Source of the DNA: a virus
Taxonomy: Duplodnaviria; Heunggongvirae; Uroviricota; Caudoviricetes
Direction: 5' to 3' (one strand)
Length of the DNA: 35,749 nt
Virus record (IMG/VR): IMGVR_UViG_2541047865_000003
The notes beneath the pieces are model-generated. The model was not told the DNA's origin and made no database searches. It was given only the letters and a program-made list of their open reading frames with translations. Shown in pieces: positions 8,608 through 18,378 of this stretch. Every line of letters starts with the position of its first letter. Within the stretch, counting starts at the first letter, position 1. The position numbers were made by a program, and so were the translations under genes.

Positions 8608-9488
8608 ACACTCCTCGCCAGAATTTTGGCTGCCATGGTGCTTAACCCCGGCGACATACGGGTGAAGGTGGTGCTGGCGGAGTTAAGCTGCCCGGAAACG
8701 GCATCCAGCGCCGCTGCGATATTGCTGCCGTCCACGCCGCTCAGTGAAGACTGTGCCTGTTGTACATACGTGGCCGCATCACTGGTGGCTCTGGCCAGAC
8801 TGATGGCATCAGGCATGGATTCAGAAAGCGCATTAAATGCCGGAACGCTTTGACCCAACGCCCCGGACACGTTGCCCAGCCCGCTCATCAACCCCGGTAC
8901 GCGGGTCAGTGCAACGGCGGGGTTATCCTTCATTTTCTGCGCCACCCGAACGGCACTGATGGTGGTCTGGAGAACAGACTGCGCCTGTTTGGCGTAGTTG
9001 ACGCCGTCGCGGACGTACTGCGCTACCCCGGAAGGTGAAGGAACGGCACCGGAGACCGCCCCGACGCCGGGAACCTGCGTGCGTATTGCGGGTGGCTGTA
9101 GCGGGTTTTTCGGGTCGCCGATGTACTCCCGGAGAGACGCGGTGGCATTGACGGCCAGCACGTTGCCGGTGCTGTCGGTCTGCTCGCTGGTCGCAGTAAC
9201 ATCGGTAATCACGAACCAGCCGCGATAGTCACCGTTGCCGAAGACCAGCGCCAGCGCTTGATGGGCCTTCATGGCCGTTCGCAGTCTCGCCAGCTCCACG
9301 TCGGGCACACAATAGTGCTGATGGAAGACCAGGCTTATCTGGATTTCGTCCAGCTTATCGCCAACGAACTGCAGGCCGGGCTTACCCTCGATACGGGGAT
9401 GCTCCGCATAATCGACGCCGAACGTGACCTCGAAGCCGTCCCAGTAGGTAATCAGTTCAAACTCAATATCACCCAATACTGCAAACAT
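8604..9488 (-). CDS. Tail protein (P2 gpU-like / Mu N-like DNA-circularisation protein)
   Basis: 294 aa with a gpU-like N-terminus (MFAVLGDIEFEL…), immediately downstream of the tape measure gene. Confidence 0.6.
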   Translation of the reverse strand: MFAVLGDIEFELITYWDGFEVTFGVDYAEHPRIEGKPGLQFVGDKLDEIQISLVFHQHYCVPDVELARLRTAMKAHQALALVFGNGDYRGWFVITDVTATSEQTDSTGNVLAVNATASLREYIGDPKNPLQPPAIRTQVPGVGAVSGAVPSPSGVAQYVRDGVNYAKQAQSVLQTTISAVRVAQKMKDNPAVALTRVPGLMSGLGNVSGALGQSVPAFNALSESMPDAISLARATSDAATYVQQAQSSLSGVDGSNIAAALDAVSGQLNSASTTFTRMSPGLSTMAAKILARSV

Positions 9489-11953
9489 CAGCTGTACCTC
9501 CTGCGTTGTTGCTGAGCCAGCAGACGCTCCAGCATTTTCTCCAGCTCATGCAGGCTCATATTCAGTACGCCGGTCAACCCGTCAGGCGCTGCGGTTTCTT
9601 TGCCATTGAGGAAAAACTGAGGATTAAAGCTGACCTGGATACCGCCAGATGTTCCGCTGCCAGTTGCAGCTGCGCCACGACCTGAATATCCCGCCGCCAT
9701 GATTTCCGGCGACGGGATACGGGGAACATCCGGTGTCATTTCAGTGGCCAGACGCTGCCCGGCCAGTGCAGCAAGTGGTGTGGTGCGCTGCAGGCCGATA
9801 GCTGCTCCCTGCGCGATGTTGTCACCAAAGCCTATAAACACGCGGCTCGGCGAATGAATGCCCAGCTTTTCCTTGAACCAACCGCCGACGCTGTCGCCCA
9901 TATCTGTGACGGTGGTTTTGAGCGACTCCCATTTGTTTTTGATGCCGTTAATCAGGCCGTCGATAAGATGGCCACCGAAGTCGGTGAACTTCGCTGGCAG
10001 ATCAACACCGAGGTATTTCAGCGCAGCCGCAAAGGCTTTATAGAGCAGACCAACCGGCGACCAGTTAATCAGCAGCTTACCAATCCCCACGACACCGCCA
10101 TTAAACGCCTCTTTAATGTCAGCCCAGCGCTGTTTAAACCAGCTACTGACTGCGCCCCAGTTGCGATAAATAAGGTAAGCTGCTGCCGCGACGGCGGTGA
10201 TGGCGAGACCAATGGGATTCATCAGCAGCGCCCGGCCAATCCAGAGAACGGCCCGCCCGGCGATCATAATGCCGCGAACCAGCCCACCTGACAGCACACC
10301 ACCCAGTGTTCTGGCTCCTCTGGCGACGGCGCTGAAGCCGGTCACCAGCCAGCGGAGCTTACCGCCTTCACCGAGTGCAAGCGACAGTCGAAGCCAGTTG
10401 GCCCGCAGTAAAACGGCATTTTTCCAGACGTTAACAAAGGGGGAAATAAGGAGATTCAGCCCCAGCTTGAGACCGATAGTGGCCATCTTGAAAGCGAGTA
10501 ATGCTCCTACAACCTTTATGGTGCCGCTGACGATTTGCGGGTTTGCCGCTATCCATTTGCCGACACTGTCCATTAAAGGAATAAAAGTCTCACCCAGTTG
10601 GATCAAGGCCGGGCGTAGTGACTCACCAATGCTGATGGCTGCCTCGTTAAAACCAATCTGAGTTCTGCGCCAACGACCTTCGAGCGTATTATTTTGTTTT
10701 GCAGCATCCTTATCCAGCGTAGACATTGCTGACGGGGTATTCATTTCCTGCTTGCTGGAAAGGTATTTATCCCAGCCCTGACGCATTGACAGTAAATGGT
10801 TAACGGTCTGAATATCAGTGAAGACTTCTGCCAGACCAAATGACTCCATTAGCTTCTGCTGGCCTTCCTGATCGCCTCTTGAGCCTGCTGCTTTCCATTG
10901 CTGTAAAAACGCCTTACCTTTACCGTCGATAAAACGGTTGGCAATCATCAGTGAGGCTTCATACTGTGAGAAGCCCTGAGCGACGTAATTCTGCATTGAC
11001 CCCTGGTAATCCACCCCGGCTTTAGCATATTTCTGGATGGTATCTCCGCGCCCCATCGCCGCCAGCCAGTTTGACATATTGGTGACGGCCTCTTCCGCTG
11101 AGCCGCTGCCTTTACCAACTTCCAGACTGGCGACGATCTGGGTAATCGCATCTTTTCCATAAATACCACGAGCAGCGAAGGCTTTAGCCATACCGGGTAA
11201 TGCTTTTGCCATATCCTTCAGCTCAAATGACCCAAGTTTGGCTCCTGTTGCCGCAATACCAAATGCCTGTTCAAGTTCTTTCGCATCAGTGATTCTGAGT
11301 GCATCGCTGAAGGCATAAGTCATTTTGGCAAGGTCGGTCATATCGGCTTTGGTTGCTGTAGCGGTCTTTCCAAGCATCTCTGCAAACGTTGCTGCCCGTT
11401 CGGGGGCCATACCATCAGCAACTAATTGTCCGACTCCCCCTAACAGAGACTCCTGCAGTTGGTTAACCTTCAGCGAGGCCTGTCTGATAGCCAGGCCAAT
11501 TGCACGTTCCTGCCTTGAATCCAGATCACCAGTGACACTGATATCCCGCAACTGCGATTCAAACGAGGCATATTGTTTGACTGAGGCCATGACCGGTGCA
11601 CCCAGTGTTCTGACGATGGCATAGGTTTCTGCTCCCTGGCCATAGAGCGCCATGCGGTTAGCTTTCAGCGCGTCACTGGTGGTTGATACTGCTGACAAAC
11701 GGCGCTGCTGGCGCTCAATTTGCTCCATTGTGCGGCTTACCCGCAGCAGGTCGCTGTTGAGGCGCTGCATCCGGGAAGAACCCAACTGACCATAGCGTTC
11801 TGTTGCACGGGTTAAGGCGTTTTGGCGTTCCTGCAGGCGGCGCGATGTATCGCCCAGGGAATCAAGGGCGCGTCGGGTACCGCTGACGGCTGAGCGGAAG
11901 CTACTCCCGACAATGCCGCCAATAATGACGCCGACTGAAAATTCACTGGCCAC
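9488..11953 (-). CDS. Tail tape measure protein
   Basis: 821 aa; long helical N-terminal region, Gly/Ala-rich hydrophobic central segments; located after the chaperone pair. Confidence 0.85.
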   Translation of the reverse strand: MASEFSVGVIIGGIVGSSFRSAVSGTRRALDSLGDTSRRLQERQNALTRATERYGQLGSSRMQRLNSDLLRVSRTMEQIERQQRRLSAVSTTSDALKANRMALYGQGAETYAIVRTLGAPVMASVKQYASFESQLRDISVTGDLDSRQERAIGLAIRQASLKVNQLQESLLGGVGQLVADGMAPERAATFAEMLGKTATATKADMTDLAKMTYAFSDALRITDAKELEQAFGIAATGAKLGSFELKDMAKALPGMAKAFAARGIYGKDAITQIVASLEVGKGSGSAEEAVTNMSNWLAAMGRGDTIQKYAKAGVDYQGSMQNYVAQGFSQYEASLMIANRFIDGKGKAFLQQWKAAGSRGDQEGQQKLMESFGLAEVFTDIQTVNHLLSMRQGWDKYLSSKQEMNTPSAMSTLDKDAAKQNNTLEGRWRRTQIGFNEAAISIGESLRPALIQLGETFIPLMDSVGKWIAANPQIVSGTIKVVGALLAFKMATIGLKLGLNLLISPFVNVWKNAVLLRANWLRLSLALGEGGKLRWLVTGFSAVARGARTLGGVLSGGLVRGIMIAGRAVLWIGRALLMNPIGLAITAVAAAAYLIYRNWGAVSSWFKQRWADIKEAFNGGVVGIGKLLINWSPVGLLYKAFAAALKYLGVDLPAKFTDFGGHLIDGLINGIKNKWESLKTTVTDMGDSVGGWFKEKLGIHSPSRVFIGFGDNIAQGAAIGLQRTTPLAALAGQRLATEMTPDVPRIPSPEIMAAGYSGRGAAATGSGTSGGIQVSFNPQFFLNGKETAAPDGLTGVLNMSLHELEKMLERLLAQQQRRRYS

Positions 11954-12148
11954 GGTGGTTATCCTCTGAAAGCGGAAAAACGGAAGGAAAATGTCTGAGA
12001 GCCATGCAGAACAGCCGCGAGTAGCGGCTGTTAAGTGATGAGGAGTTAATGATTATCGCCGAACTCGCTTCTGATTTGCACTTCAGCCTGCTCCAGCCAC
12101 ATCTCCAGATCGTCAGTATCGAGGGCATCAATCTCCCCCGGCTGAAAT

Positions 12149-12463
12149 CTAAACCACCTCGCCAGCAGCCCCTGCGCCTGCATCAGCGTTTTCGTCGCTC
12201 TTGCCCAGCCCAGTGACTTGCTGAAATCGTTTCTGCAGCTCCATGTAGTCGGCAAGATCCATATTATCGAGGTCTTCCGGAAGAATACCGGTGCTACGGG
12301 CAATCAGCGGCTCGTCCCAGTCAGCCGGGTCTTTACTGATTTTGCGCACCTGCTTCAGGTCTTTGACCGTCAGGCGTTTCAGTTCAACCTGCTCAACTCT
12401 GGTGCCAGCAGCGGTGGTGAAGGGGTAAGACAGCTTAAAAGTATCGGATTGGGTTTGTGACAT
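12149..12463 (-). CDS. Tail assembly chaperone (gpE-like); overlapping frame 12046..12303 is the likely frameshift-extended form (E+E'-like)
   Basis: 104 aa upstream of the tape measure. A second frame overlapping its 3' end stays open to 12046 and encodes an E'-like tail (…DTDDLEMWLEQAEVQIRSEFGD). RBS CAGGAG before the ATG. Confidence 0.6.
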   Translation of the reverse strand: MSQTQSDTFKLSYPFTTAAGTRVEQVELKRLTVKDLKQVRKISKDPADWDEPLIARSTGILPEDLDNMDLADYMELQKRFQQVTGLGKSDENADAGAGAAGEVV

Positions 12464-12527
12464 GATCGTGCTCCTGTGTAAGTTCAGAGCAGTATGTCTG
12501 GTGGTGGGACTGGCAGATATTAAAGGG

Positions 12528-12554
12528 GATTAAGAAGAAAGGGGCCGAAGCCCC
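12528..12554 (-). terminator. Rho-independent terminator inside the tail gene cluster
   Basis: Minus-strand GGGGC-TTCG-GCCCC hairpin (at ~12541-12554) followed by TTTCTTCTT, just downstream of the 93-aa ORF stop. Confidence 0.55.
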
Positions 12555-12561
12555 TGTGATA

Positions 12562-12843
12562 TCAGTGAGTGCGAAAGCCTTTGCAGTTACGCAGGAAGGC
12601 GATAAGAAGTACCTTTCCTTCAGATTTGCCGATGCCGGTGAACCAGTGGTCAGGTGGCTCCCATGCCTCAATCAGGTCAGCGAGCTTTCGTGCTTTGGAG
12701 CGTGTGCAGTCAATCGGGTCATTGGTTTTCTGGGTATTAAAAAGGTTTTCCACCCCTGAAATATCAAGGATGGTAAACCACGTACCATTCCCCATGCCAA
12801 TCGAACCACAGTTCCCGCCTTTATCTTCAATCTCGACGGTCAC
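12562..12843 (-). CDS. Hypothetical protein (93 aa) between tail tube and chaperone genes
   Basis: GTG start 2 nt after the tube stop with a GGGGG RBS; followed by its own terminator; no recognisable motif; locally lower GC. Confidence 0.45.
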   Translation of the reverse strand: MTVEIEDKGGNCGSIGMGNGTWFTILDISGVENLFNTQKTNDPIDCTRSKARKLADLIEAWEPPDHWFTGIGKSEGKVLLIAFLRNCKGFRTH

Positions 12844-12845
12844 CG

Positions 12846-13367
12846 TCAGCCCCCGATGTTGATGCGGTAGTCGGTCAACTGGTCAATGCCGCCGACGCGG
12901 AAGATGTTGGCCAGATAGTCCAGCTCCAGCAACTCTTCACCATCCAGTACCTGCTTGATGTACGTGCAGGTGAAGCTACTGGAGAACTCGGCGTTCTCAT
13001 GCTGTTTGAACGTCCCCAGCGGGTTCTTCTTAAACATGATCGTCAGGAAAGTGACCAGCGGAATTTCGTCAATCAGCCCCTGCGAGCTGTAGCGCTGAAC
13101 GCTGGAACGGCACTGCAGCGCCAGCGACTTATACGGGTTCGCGGCAGACAGCATCGCGTCGCGGTAAAAGCTGTTCCACTTGATCTCGCCCTCAAGCTTG
13201 TCGAAGCCAGCAGGGAGTTCCACCTTGCCCACCATCCCCAGCGCCTTATGCTCCTGCATGGTCATGGAGACGTCAGGCAGTTTGACCTCCTCGGCCCGGC
13301 CCAGCAGGTTAGCGCCATCCAGGTAGATGTTGGCATTCGTGATGCGGTTGATCTCAATCTTTGCCAT
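12846..13367 (-). CDS. Tail tube protein
   Basis: 173 aa directly after the sheath gene with 1-nt stop/start overlap; size and position as for Mu M / P2 FII. Confidence 0.8.
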   Translation of the reverse strand: MAKIEINRITNANIYLDGANLLGRAEEVKLPDVSMTMQEHKALGMVGKVELPAGFDKLEGEIKWNSFYRDAMLSAANPYKSLALQCRSSVQRYSSQGLIDEIPLVTFLTIMFKKNPLGTFKQHENAEFSSSFTCTYIKQVLDGEELLELDYLANIFRVGGIDQLTDYRINIGG

Positions 13368-14794
13368 CAGCTATTCCCCTTCAGGGTTAACAGGTATTCC
13401 GAGGTGATCTCGGTCTCAAACGTCAGTCGCTCCAGCGGCGGTGGCGGCGTGTATTTGTAGCTCAGCAACAGATGACCGGCGGCCAGCTCCATCTCTTCAT
13501 TACGGGCCGGATCAAACCAGCAACTGAAGCCCAGCAGTGCACCGTCGCCAATCAGCTTGCGACCGTAGGCGTTGACCGACTCCGTCAGCGCATCAATCAG
13601 TGCCTGGGTAATCGGCATGTCGATGTACTGCTGGCTGAAATAACGCAGGGACTCGTTGATAACATCACCGGTGCGGCGAACGTTCTCAAAGTTGCGCATA
13701 TGGGTGACCGTTGGCCATGCTGCCGTCCGGTTGCCCCACAGACGCAGGCCGCTGCCGTAGCTGCTGAAGACCGTAGTGATGCCCTGTTCGTTGAGCAGGT
13801 TCACCTCGCTCTGCGGGTCATCAATCATTGCCGACAGCTGGCGCTCCACGCCGGTGATACCCAGAATCTCCTGGTTGGAGGACGACCACCAGTAGCCCTT
13901 GTCCAGGTCGACCTTGGCACGCAGACCTGCAGCACGCTGGCTCAGCGGCTCCAGCCGTTCGCTGTTGGTGGCCGCGTCGTACACCTTGACGTGCGGATAG
14001 CACAGACGGACGCGGTCGGAGCTGGTATTGAAGTTAATGGTGCCTTCCGGGCCACGCCCCGCCAGAGCCTGCGCAAAAGTGGTACCAATCGGCGCGTCGA
14101 TGTAGGTCACCGCGCCCAGCTTCTCAGCCATGGCGATAAGCTCAACCGAGACGCTGTTCTGGGTGCAGAATACCGGGGCAATCAGAATTTTGGCGAAGTA
14201 GCCAAACAGGTTGAAGCTGTCGTTAAGCAACTTCATGCCGGTACGGTTGCCTGCCGCGTTAACGGTACCGATGATATCAGCCGGGGTGACTTTGGTCGGA
14301 TCGGCATAGTTATAGCTGGCCTTCACCGTTGCATCTGCAGCAATGCTTTTACCAAGATTAGTAATCACCCCGGTCTGCGCATCAAGCGAGTAGTCCTGAC
14401 CTTCCACATAAGGCTGACCGTCGCTGTCCGGTTTCAGTACCAGCTGCGCGATCACCGGATTAGCCAGCTGTGCCTTGCCCGTCGCCTTGTCGAATGTTAC
14501 GTCTTCATCGGCCACAGCGGTTTTATGCACAGCCGGATCAAGCACGTTAATGACCAGAACGGTGCCTGCCCCATGGTCGTAGATCGCATCCAGTGCCTGC
14601 GGAATGGTAAAGCCAGTGAGCTGGCTGCCAAACGCCGCTGCATCTTTCTCAGACAGGCACTGCACCAGCGTATTGACGTCTCCCATTGGGGCGGTACCAA
14701 TCAGGCCAATGACGGCGGATTTCACCGTTTTAACCGGGCGGGCACCGTTTTCCACCTCAATGGTTTCGACGCCATGCAGATAGTTAGCTGACAT
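13367..14794 (-). CDS. Contractile tail sheath protein
   Basis: 475 aa with a typical sheath N-terminus (MSANYLHGVETIEV…IGLIGTAP). Confidence 0.85.
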   Translation of the reverse strand: MSANYLHGVETIEVENGARPVKTVKSAVIGLIGTAPMGDVNTLVQCLSEKDAAAFGSQLTGFTIPQALDAIYDHGAGTVLVINVLDPAVHKTAVADEDVTFDKATGKAQLANPVIAQLVLKPDSDGQPYVEGQDYSLDAQTGVITNLGKSIAADATVKASYNYADPTKVTPADIIGTVNAAGNRTGMKLLNDSFNLFGYFAKILIAPVFCTQNSVSVELIAMAEKLGAVTYIDAPIGTTFAQALAGRGPEGTINFNTSSDRVRLCYPHVKVYDAATNSERLEPLSQRAAGLRAKVDLDKGYWWSSSNQEILGITGVERQLSAMIDDPQSEVNLLNEQGITTVFSSYGSGLRLWGNRTAAWPTVTHMRNFENVRRTGDVINESLRYFSQQYIDMPITQALIDALTESVNAYGRKLIGDGALLGFSCWFDPARNEEMELAAGHLLLSYKYTPPPPLERLTFETEITSEYLLTLKGNS

Positions 14795-15038
14795 GGGAGT
14801 CCTCCGTTTTCACATCGCTGTCGCCGCCGTTCCTGCGCTTTGGTGACTGCACAGCCGGTATGCTGGCGGGTTTAGTCTCTTCAGATACCGGCGTCAGATG
14901 CTTCAGCGCCACCAGTACCTTCACATAGTCATGCTCCTCGGGCAGGGAAACATTCTTCCCCGGCCAGAGCAGGATTTCGGTTCCGTCCGACAGCGTGACG
15001 CCGCTGGCCGGGCCGGAATAGCGGTATTCTTTCATCAC
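14784..15038 (-). CDS. Hypothetical protein (84 aa)
   Basis: Small ORF coupled by ATGA overlap to the upstream gene, immediately before the sheath gene. Confidence 0.45.
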   Translation of the reverse strand: MMKEYRYSGPASGVTLSDGTEILLWPGKNVSLPEEHDYVKVLVALKHLTPVSEETKPASIPAVQSPKRRNGGDSDVKTEDSHVS

Positions 15039-15499
15039 TCGCTTTCCTCATAGTTCACTTCGGTTAACAGCGGGCCGGACGGTAAATCGCTGTCTTCGAT
15101 AAAGACGCTTTCGGTTGCGAAGTCGAGAGCGTACTGCCACAGCCCCTTGGCCTCACCGATAAACACCTCACGGGTCAGCCAGATACGGCGGCGGCAGTTC
15201 GGCGGGGTGTAGCCGCCGAGTATGCGGCGGACTGCATCCAGAACGTCAATCGCACCTCTTTTACCGTTGAGCTGGCGGAAGACCACCGTGACGCAGAGCT
15301 GGATAGTCTGAGGCTGGATCACCGCACCAATATCATCGGGTTTGTCGAAGCGTGAACCGGCATAGCTCAGCAGCAACGCCCCGACAGGATGATTCAGACG
15401 GTATTCGGACGGCTTTTCCGGGAAGTACTCCACCTGCAGCTGGGGCAGCTTCTCGCGCAACCGGGCCAGCACAGCATCGAGGACGGGCAGAACGTTCAT
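15035..15499 (-). CDS. Head-tail joining region protein (Mu gp37-like)
   Basis: 154 aa, positional equivalent in Mu-type head modules. Confidence 0.55.
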   Translation of the reverse strand: MNVLPVLDAVLARLREKLPQLQVEYFPEKPSEYRLNHPVGALLLSYAGSRFDKPDDIGAVIQPQTIQLCVTVVFRQLNGKRGAIDVLDAVRRILGGYTPPNCRRRIWLTREVFIGEAKGLWQYALDFATESVFIEDSDLPSGPLLTEVNYEESE

Positions 15500-15945
15500 C
15501 AGTATTTCTCCAGTAAGCCGTCGCGCCCGCCAAAGGTGGGGCGACGTGCCCGCGCCCGGATTTCACCGGACTCAGGTACGTCTTTTTGAGTGGACTGCAG
15601 CCCCAGCGTCAGCTTCCCGTCGCGGATAGCCTCAAGCTGACGCCGGGCCTCTTTGTTGTCGTCTTTGACGGTGTCAGGCAGATCACCTTCAGGACGACGG
15701 ACATACAGGCGGTAACGCACCAGCGTGATGGCAATATCCCGCAGAACGGTAGGCACTTCTGCCAGCGGCAGGGTATAGCGGCCACGAAGGTGCGCATCAA
15801 TCAACTCCCCGGCGTAGCGAACACAGCTGTCCACAACCGTCACATTCACCGTGGCAGGGGTGTCGAAATCCACGACCTCGTTAGTGAGCTGAATCAGCGT
15901 TGACTCAGGCACTTGTTCCTGTAAATCCGCCAGGGTGCAGTACAT
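15499..15945 (-). CDS. Mu gp36-like protein
   Basis: Start taken at MYCTLADLQE… 1 nt after the upstream stop; positional equivalent of Mu gp36. Confidence 0.55.
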   Translation of the reverse strand: MYCTLADLQEQVPESTLIQLTNEVVDFDTPATVNVTVVDSCVRYAGELIDAHLRGRYTLPLAEVPTVLRDIAITLVRYRLYVRRPEGDLPDTVKDDNKEARRQLEAIRDGKLTLGLQSTQKDVPESGEIRARARRPTFGGRDGLLEKY

Positions 15946-15946
15946 G

Positions 15947-16303
15947 TCACACCCCGCGCAGGATGCGGATAACATCGCCTTTGGCCAGTGCTTCATCCAG
16001 CGCAATCCCGGCTGAAATACCTGCCGGGGTGTCGCCTGATGCTGCTGTCTGGGGAACGGCGCAGGCATTTGCATCCGACTGAACGTTCAGCCCCCTGGCA
16101 ATCGCGGCACCGGCCTCGACGGCAACAATGCCCAGTACGTTGACCGGGGTTACATCACCGGCTGCGGCATCCACCTCTGCCACGCCGAGCGCGACGGCTC
16201 CGGCCTGACAGGGGGCGTTATCGGCACCGACAAAGCGCTGTTGCGTCAGCGCCGCACTGGCCGTCACGGTAGTGGTCAGAATGACCTGCTGTGTTGTACC
16301 CAT
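15947..16303 (-). CDS. Hypothetical head protein (Ala/Gly/Val-rich, 118 aa)
   Basis: Directly downstream of the major head gene; compositional bias typical of head decoration/cement proteins. Confidence 0.45.
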   Translation of the reverse strand: MGTTQQVILTTTVTASAALTQQRFVGADNAPCQAGAVALGVAEVDAAAGDVTPVNVLGIVAVEAGAAIARGLNVQSDANACAVPQTAASGDTPAGISAGIALDEALAKGDVIRILRGV

Positions 16304-16313
16304 GACCGTCTCC

Positions 16314-17267
16314 TTATTTCACGATGTTGGTGACGAGATACCCGGCATCGCCACCGACCACGGCGACTTTGTAGATATCGGTATAACGGCAGTACTTCAC
16401 CTTGCCGCCGACGCCGTCGTATTTATCCGCCACCGGCATCCCTTTACGGCGCAGGGTGTAGCCGAAGGACGGCTCGTTTTCGTCGGCGCTGTCGGTGCCC
16501 GGCTGGGGTTTGCCGACGTAATGCAGCATCAGGTTGTCGCCCCAGATATCAGCCGGGACTTTGTCCTTGTTCTGCGCGTCTTTCATGGAGGCCATAGAGA
16601 CCGGCTCGCCGATCACCACATCTTCCAACTGGAAAAGGTCTTTCAGAATTTCGATGGTGATACGCTTGCGCTCGTTGGCTCCAATCGCGGCCTGAATCGC
16701 CGGGTGGAACTTCAGCAGCGACATGACGCTGGCCCCCATGGTCATCAGGTTTGGGCGCAGGCCGGTTTTGTTACGTACCGCCTCAATGCCACCTTCAATG
16801 ATGCCAATTGGATCACCTTTACCACCGACCCAGCGTTCAGCAGCTGCCAGTGCTTTAACGGACGATGCCGGGTAAACGTTTTTGTCCTGCGCCAGACGGG
16901 CCGCATACAGTTCGCGCTTCAGGTTGACGCCACTGGTCACGCGACGAATGGCCTTGGCCTCTTCGTTGAACATCGACTCCGCCTGCTCGCGGTAGTCCAC
17001 CGGCGCGGCCAGATCGTGCTCGTTAAGAACCAGATCCAGTTTGCCGGTCTTCTCACGTACCAGGACGTTACTGTCAGCCCCCACGGCACGCTCGGTGTCG
17101 TACTCAACAAAGGCGGATTTACCGAAGGTCGGGACGGTCACACCTTCCTTATCGGTCTGGACAATGGGGAAGATGCGTTCGCCGATAAATGCGGCATTTT
17201 TATAACCGCGAGCGATGCTGGTCAGCACCGGGTCAACAACGCGCTTACCCTTTAAATAGTCAGACAT
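16314..17267 (-). CDS. Major head subunit (Mu T-like)
   Basis: 317 aa, N-terminus MSDYLKGKRVVDPVLTSIARGYKN…; follows the protease/scaffold gene. Confidence 0.85.
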   Translation of the reverse strand: MSDYLKGKRVVDPVLTSIARGYKNAAFIGERIFPIVQTDKEGVTVPTFGKSAFVEYDTERAVGADSNVLVREKTGKLDLVLNEHDLAAPVDYREQAESMFNEEAKAIRRVTSGVNLKRELYAARLAQDKNVYPASSVKALAAAERWVGGKGDPIGIIEGGIEAVRNKTGLRPNLMTMGASVMSLLKFHPAIQAAIGANERKRITIEILKDLFQLEDVVIGEPVSMASMKDAQNKDKVPADIWGDNLMLHYVGKPQPGTDSADENEPSFGYTLRRKGMPVADKYDGVGGKVKYCRYTDIYKVAVVGGDAGYLVTNIVK

Positions 17268-17280
17268 GTTCTCTCCTTAA

Positions 17281-18378
17281 TTACAGGCAGCGGGAGACAG
17301 CAGCGTCGTAGCTGATGCCTTCTTTTTTCGACAGTTCCAGCGCTTTCTGATGCAGCGCCAGACGTTCCGGGTCGGCTTCAGCGAACTCTGCTGACGTCGT
17401 TTTGATCTCCGTGTTCACGCGGTCTTTGGTCGCGTGCTCACTGAAATTCAGTACCGGCTCAGTGCTGTCCAGCAGCGTCTTAAACGCCGTGGCCAGAGGG
17501 GTGCGGATATCGCCTTCGGCAAACTCAACCGGCTTGTCGCCTGCAGAGACCGCGTCCAGAATGGCCACGACAACCGACTTCGCTTTAGGAGCCAGTCGGC
17601 CATCGCCAACCAGCTTCTCGGCAAAGGAGACGTTGTCCGCGTGCAGTTTGTCCTGCTTAGCCTTCGCTTCCTGTTCCGCCCGCTGGGTGGCTTCCGCTTT
17701 CAGACGCGTGTTTTCCGCCTGAAGCGCTTTGATTTCTTCTTCAGTCATGGTGCTGTTCTCTTTTTGAGGGGTGGGATTGTGTTCACTGAAGTCCGGTTCA
17801 GACTTCCCGGTGTCGCGGTAAGCCTCTTCACGCAGGGAGTCCACCTGCCATGAAGGAAGCACCTTGTCGGTCTCGTCCAGCCCGAACTGGGCGATCAGAA
17901 AATCGCGCAGACGGCCCCATAAAGAGGCATTGGTGATATCACTCCAGTCGGCAAACTCCACGACGCCTTCTTCTTTCTCACCAAACGAAACCTGCTTAAG
18001 CCCCTTAATGGACGGTGGCTGCGCCCCCAGAAAGCCGACATGACGCAGGTAAAGCGTGCCGGGCTTCGGGTTGTTCGGTGAGTCCGGGAGATAGAACGAG
18101 GCTGAGACCTTCTTGAAGCGCCCGTTGCCCACCAGTTCGGCAAACTGCGGGTCGAGCTGGTCAGGCTCAGCCAGCAGATCGCCGCCGTTAAGCGACAGGG
18201 ATTTCACCCAGCCCCACGCCGGGTCTTCCGTTTTGGGGTGGCCAATAACGAGTGGTGCTTCATGGACGGACGGGTCATAGGCTTTCACGCAGGCGGCAAG
18301 ATCGCTTTGCGTGAACGGCAGTTTCGTGCCGTGCATATCGGTATGAGTACCGGCTTTAAAAATGTGAATGGCTGGCAT
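17281..18378 (-). CDS. Head maturation protease / scaffold (Mu I-like)
   Basis: 365 aa, N-terminal protease-like region (MPAIHIFKAGTHTD…) and a charged, helical C-terminal scaffold-like region (EEEIKALQAENTRLKAEATQRAEQEAKAK…). Confidence 0.8.
   Translation of the reverse strand: MPAIHIFKAGTHTDMHGTKLPFTQSDLAACVKAYDPSVHEAPLVIGHPKTEDPAWGWVKSLSLNGGDLLAEPDQLDPQFAELVGNGRFKKVSASFYLPDSPNNPKPGTLYLRHVGFLGAQPPSIKGLKQVSFGEKEEGVVEFADWSDITNASLWGRLRDFLIAQFGLDETDKVLPSWQVDSLREEAYRDTGKSEPDFSEHNPTPQKENSTMTEEEIKALQAENTRLKAEATQRAEQEAKAKQDKLHADNVSFAEKLVGDGRLAPKAKSVVVAILDAVSAGDKPVEFAEGDIRTPLATAFKTLLDSTEPVLNFSEHATKDRVNTEIKTTSAEFAEADPERLALHQKALELSKKEGISYDAAVSRCL

Noticed and set aside
13472-14791. 439-aa ORF on the plus strand
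   Set aside because: Antisense to the tail sheath gene in GC-rich DNA; product is Arg/Gly/Val-rich with no motif. Same judgement for other long antisense ORFs (16272..17255, 21631..22698, 7628..8326, 29845..30852, 31433..32101, 28719..29363, 35006..35611).
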